A DNA stretch of 64,000 bases, taken from contig CBDUPA010000004.1 in the NCBI GenBank assembly GCA_965368975.1, forward strand, positions 288,001 to 352,000. Direction: 5' to 3'. Source of the DNA: an uncultured bacterium (GTDB taxonomy: Bacteria; Acidobacteriota; Thermoanaerobaculia; Multivoradales; JAHZIX01). Below the pieces are notes generated by a model. That model made no database searches. It was not told the DNA's origin and worked only from the letters and a program-made list of their open reading frames with translations. The position numbers and the translations under genes were made by a program. Below are positions 57,820 through 64,000 of this stretch, one piece after another; position 1 is the stretch's first letter; each line of letters starts with the position of its first letter.

Positions 57820-57944
57820 CGCGTGATCCCTAGAGGGCCGTGAGTTTCGTTGCGGCTGCGAGAGATCGTTCAAGTTACGAAGTCGAGGTTTCAAGATCGG
57901 GCTTATGATGGCCGGCAAAAAGTGCTCCGGGGCACGAAAAGCCA

Positions 57945-57973
57945 TTGACACGGCCGAAGTGATACCGTATCTT
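57945..57973 (+). promoter_or_regulatory. Sigma70-type promoter for HU gene
   Basis: TTGACA-17 bp-TATCTT. Confidence 0.65.
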
Positions 57974-58034
57974 CCCGACACTGCTAAATAACCCCCCGGG
58001 AAAGTACCGGAAAGAGACCGGAAAAGGAGGAGTC

Positions 58035-58316
58035 ATGGCTGGTAAGGCTGACATCGTCAATCATCTGGTGGATAACGTCGAGGGACTGACCAAGAAGCAG
58101 GCCGCCGAAGCGTTCGACGCCACTTTCAATGCCATTACTGATCTGTTGAACGATGGCGAGCGGGTCAATGTATCCGGCTTTGGCAGCTTCTCGGTTGCCG
58201 ACCGCGCTGCTCGTACGGGCCGCAACCCGGCGACGGGTGCCACGATTCAGATTCCCGCCCGCCGTACGGCGCGCTTCAAGGAAGGCAAGGAGCTGAAGGA
58301 AACCCTCAACGCCTGA
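58035..58316 (+). CDS. hup: HU-family DNA-binding protein
   Basis: AAGGAGG RBS; GFGSF and ARTGRNPATG. Confidence 0.96.
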   Translation: MAGKADIVNHLVDNVEGLTKKQAAEAFDATFNAITDLLNDGERVNVSGFGSFSVADRAARTGRNPATGATIQIPARRTARFKEGKELKETLNA

Positions 58317-58356
58317 GGTTTCGACCAGCATTCTGCTCCGGCAGTTCCGCTCTGAA

Positions 58357-58409
58357 GAGGCCCCGCGGTCTGGTGTTCCAATGCCAGCCTCGCGGGGCTT
58401 TCTGTTTCT
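58357..58409 (+). terminator. Probable intrinsic terminator after HU
   Basis: Long imperfect stem GCCCCGCG...CTGG/CCAG...CGCGGGGC followed by TTTCTGTTTCT. Confidence 0.55.
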
Positions 58410-58439
58410 ACTCGCCTGCCGCGCAGTTGCATGCAGGCA

Positions 58440-59153
58440 TCAACGGATGTCGCGGTAGAGGCGAGCCAGGCTCGCAACCGGCACACCGAGGCCATAGAGC
58501 GCGAAGATCAGCCAGTTGCGCACGGTGGTGCGGATCAGGCCTCCCTGGCGGTAGCGCCGGGCACTGGTGACGATTGGTGGCTGCAGAATCGCTAGGCGCC
58601 CAACCTGGCGCAGGCGCCGAATGAACTCCAGGTCTTCGAGGATCGGCCAGTCTGGAAAGCCACCGATGGCGTCGAAGGCGTCGCGTCGGACGAACTGGCC
58701 CTGGTCGCCGAGCGCCATGCCGTAGCGGCGGCTGCGCTGCGCCACTACCCACTCGCCCAGCCGGTAGAGCCGGGCTCGACCATCGAAGCGCAAAACGAAG
58801 GCGCCGCCCACCGCGCCGCCCTCCGTGCTGTTGCTGATGTCGAGAGCCCGACGGATGTTCGCCGCGCCCCCTGCAGGCGGTACACTGTCGGCGTGCAAGA
58901 ACCAGAGGATTTCCGCCTCGGTAGCCGCGGCGCCCGCGTTGAGCTGTGGGCCTCGGCCGCGTGGTGCATGGACGACGCGCACGCCAGCCTCGGCGGCGAT
59001 CTGCAGCGTGCGATCCCGAGAGCCGCCGTCGACCAGCACGATGTCGTCGATCATCGCTTCCTGAGGCCCCTCGAGAACCTCGAGCAGCCGCGGTAGGGTG
59101 CTGTGCAGGGCGACTTCTTCGTCGAGAGTTGGGATGACGACGGCGATTCGCAA
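58440..59153 (-). CDS. GT2 glycosyltransferase, TIGR04283-like family
   Basis: VVIPTLDE, VDGGSRD, GRGPQLNAGA, FLHADS, GDQG, IGGFP, ILED and TSARR. Confidence 0.88.
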   Translation of the reverse strand: MRIAVVIPTLDEEVALHSTLPRLLEVLEGPQEAMIDDIVLVDGGSRDRTLQIAAEAGVRVVHAPRGRGPQLNAGAAATEAEILWFLHADSVPPAGGAANIRRALDISNSTEGGAVGGAFVLRFDGRARLYRLGEWVVAQRSRRYGMALGDQGQFVRRDAFDAIGGFPDWPILEDLEFIRRLRQVGRLAILQPPIVTSARRYRQGGLIRTTVRNWLIFALYGLGVPVASLARLYRDIR

Positions 59154-59251
59154 AGTCGGAGGATGCTAGCACGCGCGCGGGTTGGGCCGTTCGAGCGCCA
59201 ACCCCTCAGGATTAGAGACAATCCCGGTAGATACGCCACTCAGGAGGACCC

Positions 59252-59773
59252 ATGGCCCCGACCCAGAGCCGTTCTGACGAGACTCCATTCAGTCACCTGG
59301 ACACGCAAGGGCGCGCCCAGATGGTGGACGTCTCCACCAAGGCCGTCACCCGCCGGGTCGCCGAGGCATCGTGCCGCGTTGTGCTCTCCGCGTCGACGGT
59401 GGCACGGTTGCGCGATCTACCCAAGGGAGACGCCGTTACCATCGCCCGGCTGGCCGGCATCCAGGCGGCCAAGCGCACCGACGAGCTGATTCCGCTGGCG
59501 CATCCGCTGCCACTCGACCAGGTCGAGGTCGACGTGACCGCTGTACCCGAGGGCGTCGAGATCCGCAGCCGCGTGGTGGTCACCGCCCGCACCGGTGCCG
59601 AAATGGAAGCGCTTGCCGCGTGCTCTGGCGCGGCCCTGGCGCTCTACGACATGGTCAAGGCAGTCGAGCGCCAGGCGGTCATCACCGACCTACGCCTCGA
59701 CGCCAAGAGTGGCGGCCGGAGCGGTGACTATCGGCGAAAGGCATCGGGGGCGGACCAGGAAGTCGAAGCGTGA
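59252..59773 (+). CDS. moaC: Cyclic pyranopterin monophosphate synthase
   Basis: MVDVSTK, AGIQAAKRT..LIPLAHPL, TGAEMEAL, YDMVKAV and KSGGRSG. Confidence 0.96.
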   Translation: MAPTQSRSDETPFSHLDTQGRAQMVDVSTKAVTRRVAEASCRVVLSASTVARLRDLPKGDAVTIARLAGIQAAKRTDELIPLAHPLPLDQVEVDVTAVPEGVEIRSRVVVTARTGAEMEALAACSGAALALYDMVKAVERQAVITDLRLDAKSGGRSGDYRRKASGADQEVEA

Positions 59774-60927
59774 ATTCCCTGAACCCCAGGAGCTCCCTCA
59801 GCAGAGACGAGACCGTCGAGGTGCGTGGAGGCGAAGAGCTGGATGTACCGCGGTTGCACGCATACTTGCGCTCTCATCTTCCGTCTGACCTCCGAGCTGC
59901 TCTGCCGGCACAGGCAGATCTCGAAGTGCGAAAGTTTCCCGGTGGCTACTCCAATCTCACGTATCTGCTGACCCTTGGTGGCCTGGACTTCGTGCTGCGA
60001 CGACCACCCGTAGGCAACCAGGTGCAGGGGGCCCATGACATGGGCCGCGAGTATCGTGTGCTCGACGCGCTGGCGCCGGTTTACGCTGTGGCTCCCCGCG
60101 CCTATCTGTACTGCGATGACCTCGACGTCTTGGGAGTCCCCTTCTATGTCATGGAGCGGTGCCAGGGAGTCATCCTGCGGCGCGGCGGTGTAACAGGGCG
60201 AGACGGGTTTCCAGGGCCGGGTGGGTGCCTCGGTGAGGGCGAGCTGCGACGTCTGAGCGAGGCTTTCGTCGACCAGCTGGCCGATCTTCATGGCCTCGAC
60301 TATGCGGCCGCCGGCCTGGGCGACCTCGGTCGTCCCGAGGGGTATGTGGAACGTCAGGTCAAGGGCTGGACGGAGCGCTACCGCAAGGCGCAGACGGATG
60401 AACTGACACCGGTCGAGGCGGTCATCGGCTGGCTGGATGAGCAGCTGCCGTCGATGGCCCACGCGCTCAGTCCGGCACGCGCGGGAGCCGCGTTGCTGCA
60501 CAACGACTACAAGTACGACAACCTGGTGCTCGATCCTGACGATCTGACGCGCGTGCGTGCGGTGCTCGACTGGGAGATGTGCACCGTCGGCACGCCGCTG
60601 CTGGACCTCGGCACCAGTCTGGCTTACTGGATCGAGGCCGCGGACGGGGATGCCTTTCTCGCCCAGGCTTTCGGCCCGACCTACCTGGCGGGTAGCCTGA
60701 CCCGTAGCGAGCTGGCCGAGCGCTACGCGGCGCGCACCGGTGCGGATCTCGGTCCGCTGCTCTTCGCCTACGTCACCGGCCTGTTCAAGCTGGCGGTCAT
60801 CGGACAGCAGATCTACGCGCGGTATCGCCGCGGTCTGACGCGTGACGAACGCTTCGCGGGGCTCGGCAAGCTCGTCGCTGGCTGCGGCATGCTGGCGCTG
60901 AGGGCGCTGGATCAGGGCTCGGTCTGA
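59770..60927 (+). CDS. APH-like phosphotransferase family protein (ACAD10/11 kinase-like)
   Basis: GGYSNLTY, LRRPP, AHDMGRE, HNDYKYDN and LDWEM. Confidence 0.9.
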   Translation: MNSLNPRSSLSRDETVEVRGGEELDVPRLHAYLRSHLPSDLRAALPAQADLEVRKFPGGYSNLTYLLTLGGLDFVLRRPPVGNQVQGAHDMGREYRVLDALAPVYAVAPRAYLYCDDLDVLGVPFYVMERCQGVILRRGGVTGRDGFPGPGGCLGEGELRRLSEAFVDQLADLHGLDYAAAGLGDLGRPEGYVERQVKGWTERYRKAQTDELTPVEAVIGWLDEQLPSMAHALSPARAGAALLHNDYKYDNLVLDPDDLTRVRAVLDWEMCTVGTPLLDLGTSLAYWIEAADGDAFLAQAFGPTYLAGSLTRSELAERYAARTGADLGPLLFAYVTGLFKLAVIGQQIYARYRRGLTRDERFAGLGKLVAGCGMLALRALDQGSV

Positions 60928-61039
60928 CCCAACGCCGGATTCGCAATCGATGGCAGAATGCTGTAGCGTCATACGCTTGAACCCCGAATCGGGCTCCCGG
61001 GCCTGACTACCGCTCGCGACCTGTTGAGGAGAAACATCC

Positions 61040-62662
61040 ATGTCGAGTCGACTTGCTCTCGTCTGCCAACTGTCCATTGCCGCTCTGCTGACCGCGTTCT
61101 TGGTACCGCCAGCTTCTTCCCAGACCTCGCTGCAGTCCGCGGATCCATCGGTGATCACGCCGTGGAGCACGCCCGCGAGTTCAGGCCCAGTCAGCTCGAG
61201 ATTGCGCTTCTTGCAACCGCGCATCGTCAACGGTGAGAGCAGTGTCATTGCCGGTGTCGCCGCGATTCTCGACAAGTCCTCCGGTTCTTCCTTCTGCACC
61301 GGTACGCTGATCGGGTGCAACACGGTGTTGACCGCCGCGCACTGCGTGTGCTTCGGCGACGGCGACCAGTGCCAGGCGGGCGGCAGCGAGCTGGTGCCGG
61401 CGAGTAGCATCCAGGTGTATCTGCAGACCGGCGGCATCTTCGACGTGCAGTCGATCGACGTGCCGTCAAATTTCGTGTTTGGTGATCGCAGTGACGTCGC
61501 CGTCCTGCATCTGGCGGACGAAGTCACCGGCGTTGGCCCCTTCGGGATCAACACGGCTGGCTCCGTCGCCAACGGCACCAACGCCGTGATCAGTGGTTTC
61601 GGCCTCACCAACGGCAACAACGACGATTCCGGCATCCTGCGCGTCGGTGGGGTCGTCACCTCGGCGTGCACGGTGGTGCCGGACAACCCGCACGTGTGCT
61701 GGCGCTTCCAGAATCCGGTGGGTGCGGTGGGCGTGGACTCCAACACCTGCTCGGGAGATTCGGGCGGTCCGTTGTTCGTCTCCTCGGGGTCCAACGTCGT
61801 GGTCGGTGGCGTGACCTCTGGGGGTATCAGTGGTGACTGTACGGCGCCGGACAGCAGCTGGGACGCCGAGGTCTTCTTCGATCGCAACTTCATCCAGAAC
61901 CGAGCAGGTGGCGACCTGGGGACCGCTGTCTGTGGTGATCCCTACGAGTCGACGGTCGGTGTCGGCAGCGGCACGCTGAGCGCCGGCAACACCAGCGACT
62001 CGTTCCAGTTCGATGTACCTGCCGATACGGCGGTGCTGCGTGTCGCGCTGAACGGTGAGGACGGCCCGTTCGTCTCGCCCAACAACTTCGACCTCTACGT
62101 CAACCAAGGCGGTAGCGTCAGCACCAGCAACTTCGACTGCCAGTCGCGCAACGACGGCACGTTCGAGTTCTGCGACTTCCTAAGCCCTCAGTCGGGTACC
62201 TGGAGCCTGCTGGTGCAGCGCGTTGCCGGCCAGGGTGAGTTCCAGCTGATCGCCAGCGCCTTGACCGGCAGCAACCCGACTACCTGTGTGCCCGACGCCA
62301 CGACCCTCTGCATCGACGTCGAGCCGGGGGATCAGCGTTTCAAGGCCACGGTGAGCTTCGACACGACCCTCGGCGGCGGCCGTGAAGGTGACGCCACCGC
62401 GACACCGCTGGCGCCGCTGGGCATCACCCGCGGTGGCATCTTCAGCTTTTTCAACGCCACCAATCCGGAAATGCTGTTGAAGGTGCTCAACGGCTGCAAC
62501 AACAACGGTCACTTCTGGGTTTTCTACGCCGCCACCACCACCGTTGGGTTTGAGCTGACGGTCGAAGACACCCAAACCGGTGCCGTCAAGGTCTACACCA
62601 ACCCAGATCTACAGGCGGCAGAACCGATCACCGATACTCAGGCATTCGCGACCTGTCCCTGA
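61040..62662 (+). CDS. Secreted trypsin-like serine protease (S1) with PPC domain and conserved C-terminal domain
   Basis: Signal peptide, R-IVNG activation site, LTAAHC, SDVAVL and CSGDSGGP; PPC-like FDLYV...GTW; ends TDTQAFATCP. Confidence 0.93.
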   Translation: MSSRLALVCQLSIAALLTAFLVPPASSQTSLQSADPSVITPWSTPASSGPVSSRLRFLQPRIVNGESSVIAGVAAILDKSSGSSFCTGTLIGCNTVLTAAHCVCFGDGDQCQAGGSELVPASSIQVYLQTGGIFDVQSIDVPSNFVFGDRSDVAVLHLADEVTGVGPFGINTAGSVANGTNAVISGFGLTNGNNDDSGILRVGGVVTSACTVVPDNPHVCWRFQNPVGAVGVDSNTCSGDSGGPLFVSSGSNVVVGGVTSGGISGDCTAPDSSWDAEVFFDRNFIQNRAGGDLGTAVCGDPYESTVGVGSGTLSAGNTSDSFQFDVPADTAVLRVALNGEDGPFVSPNNFDLYVNQGGSVSTSNFDCQSRNDGTFEFCDFLSPQSGTWSLLVQRVAGQGEFQLIASALTGSNPTTCVPDATTLCIDVEPGDQRFKATVSFDTTLGGGREGDATATPLAPLGITRGGIFSFFNATNPEMLLKVLNGCNNNGHFWVFYAATTTVGFELTVEDTQTGAVKVYTNPDLQAAEPITDTQAFATCP

Positions 62663-62681
62663 GATTGGCTCAGAATCGCGA

Positions 62682-62709
62682 AGGGCACCCACCGGTGGGT
62701 GGGTGCCCT
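62682..62709. terminator. Hairpin between convergent protease and cytochrome genes
   Basis: Perfect 12-bp stem AGGGCACCCACC/GGTGGGTGCCCT with 4-nt loop. Confidence 0.6.
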
Positions 62710-62745
62710 CACGAACTCAGCGACAGTCAGGCTCCGGCTCTGAGG

Positions 62746-63135
62746 CTAGTCGCCCAGGCCGACCAGCCAGTCCGCCATCGTCTGTAGCTCTTCTTCCGAG
62801 CCCTTCGGCTTGGGGCCCTTGTGGTTCTTGCCGTCCATCTGCGTCTCGCGCTGGACGTAGTCGACGATCCAGGCCGCTTCGTGCTTGCTGCCAACATCGT
62901 CGAGTGCAGGGCCAGCCATCGGGCCGGTGGTGAACTTCGCCTCGATTCCCTCGGCCTCGATACCGTGGCAGTTGCCGCACTTTTGAGCCACGAAGATCTG
63001 CTTGCCTTCCGGCTCGCCGTCAGCGGCGGCGACGGATACTGGAACCACGGCTGCCGAACTGATCAACAGCAGTCCGGCGGCGATCGCCAGTGCTAGAAGG
63101 AATGCCTCGTGGATCCGAGTCTTGGGTTGCCGCAT
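62746..63135 (-). CDS. Monoheme c-type cytochrome
   Basis: GGAGG RBS before ATG 63135; signal peptide; GKQIF, CGNCH and GPAL. Confidence 0.88.
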   Translation of the reverse strand: MRQPKTRIHEAFLLALAIAAGLLLISSAAVVPVSVAAADGEPEGKQIFVAQKCGNCHGIEAEGIEAKFTTGPMAGPALDDVGSKHEAAWIVDYVQRETQMDGKNHKGPKPKGSEEELQTMADWLVGLGD

Positions 63136-63403
63136 TTCTGCCTCCTGATTCTGATGGATAGTCTCGAAGCCATCGACAGGCTCCACTTCTGTATTACTGT
63201 ATACCGATTGCAGCGAGCTCGCGGAACTACTATTATTTGTAGCCAGCCGCCACTCAAAAAGGTGGGCCCCGAAGCCCATCTTGCCCACCTCGCGGTCCTA
63301 CCCTCGTGGGCGGTGTGGCTGTGCTGCGAAGCCGTTAGCTTTGCTCTAGACGTCGGAGAATGACACCCGGAACGAACAATCACCCTCTGTGGGGAGGCCG
63401 GTG

Positions 63404-64000
63404 ATGCGACAACGCGTATTCCTATTCTTACTGCCCTTGATCGGGGGCCTGATGGTGCTTGGCGCCATCGGTTCGCCCGAAGTCGGGGCCGAGGACTCTG
63501 CTGGCACAGACATCGAGATGTGCGCCACGTGCCACGAAGACCAGGCGACGATCCTGGCTCGGCGCCCGCACTCCTTGCTCGATTCAGACGACTGGGCCGG
63601 GGGAGCTAGCCTCGGCAGCTGCAATTATTGCCATGGCGACGCCAGCGCGCATATGGACGCCGGTGGCGGCGAGGGCAATATCTTTGCCTTCACCGCGGAC
63701 GACGGCTTCCGCGCCAAGAGCGATGTCTGCCAGACCTGCCATGCGGACTCTCATCCGAACTTCATGGCGAGTTCGCACGCTGCCGCGGCGGTTGGTTGTA
63801 CCGATTGCCATTCGGTGCATGACGCCCATGTTGGCGGTGCCATGTTGCAGCTGGCCGATGCTCCCGTGCAGGTGGGGCGCAACCGGATCGACGCTGCTTC
63901 GGCCAGTTGTGCGAGCTGCCACGCCAACGTGCTGACACAGTTCGAGTTCAACGAACGCCACCGTTTGCAGGAAGGTATCCTGTCCTGCTCCTCGTGCCAC
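63404..64000 (+). CDS. DmsE/MtrA-like multiheme cytochrome c (partial, runs off right edge)
   Basis: Not in the ORF track. GGAGG RBS and signal peptide MRQRVFLFLLPLIGGLMVLGA. Six CxxCH in the window: CATCH, CNYCH, CQTCH, CTDCH, CASCH and CSSCH. Also QFEFNERHRLQEG. Confidence 0.88.
   Translation, partial: MRQRVFLFLLPLIGGLMVLGAIGSPEVGAEDSAGTDIEMCATCHEDQATILARRPHSLLDSDDWAGGASLGSCNYCHGDASAHMDAGGGEGNIFAFTADDGFRAKSDVCQTCHADSHPNFMASSHAAAAVGCTDCHSVHDAHVGGAMLQLADAPVQVGRNRIDAASASCASCHANVLTQFEFNERHRLQEGILSCSSCH

Noticed and set aside
58440-59153. Arsenosugar pathway linked to the ars genes
   Set aside because: A lone TIGR04283-like GT2 about 21 kb from the ars unit, with no partner glycosyltransferase or ArsS-type rSAM adjacent.
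59728-61893. 721-aa minus-strand ORF, and similar long ORFs such as 24257-26608, 53201-54952, 40125-41822 and 16230-17738
   Set aside because: Antisense shadows of well-supported genes in high-GC DNA, with no motifs of their own.

Overview
High-GC bacterial window, most consistent with an Acidobacteriota genome of the Thermoanaerobaculia type; this is inferred from the ADOP permease, the gene content and a repeated ...TDTQAFATCP C-terminal domain. The backbone is housekeeping: hisN-like phosphatase, ribBA, cdsA, truA, polB, rsmI, rsmF-like, prmA, pilT, rsmE, S41 protease, tatBC, a MoxR/DUF58/Bat operon, rsmA, ftsK, fmt, rsmB, HU and moaC. Accessory elements stand out. (1) A compact radical SAM/SPASM RiPP cluster (29620-36086) has a 66-aa precursor with four perfect C-x-x-F repeats, plus a methyltransferase, an M50 peptidase with an RRE-like N-terminus and an ADOP permease. 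It lies directly downstream of, and co-directional with, an arsR-arsI unit that has a clear promoter and operator. (2) Two tandem orphan lanthipeptide-like precursors (18587-19043), one absent from the ORF track. (3) An approximately 115-125 aa C-terminal domain shared by two unrelated secreted proteins, a possible sorting signal. (4) Two tandem paralogous secreted proteins of unknown function, each internally duplicated. (5) A DmsE/MtrA-like multiheme cytochrome running off the right edge. No rRNA, tRNA, CRISPR array, transposase or integrase was recognised. All calls are from motif reading by eye; no database search was run.
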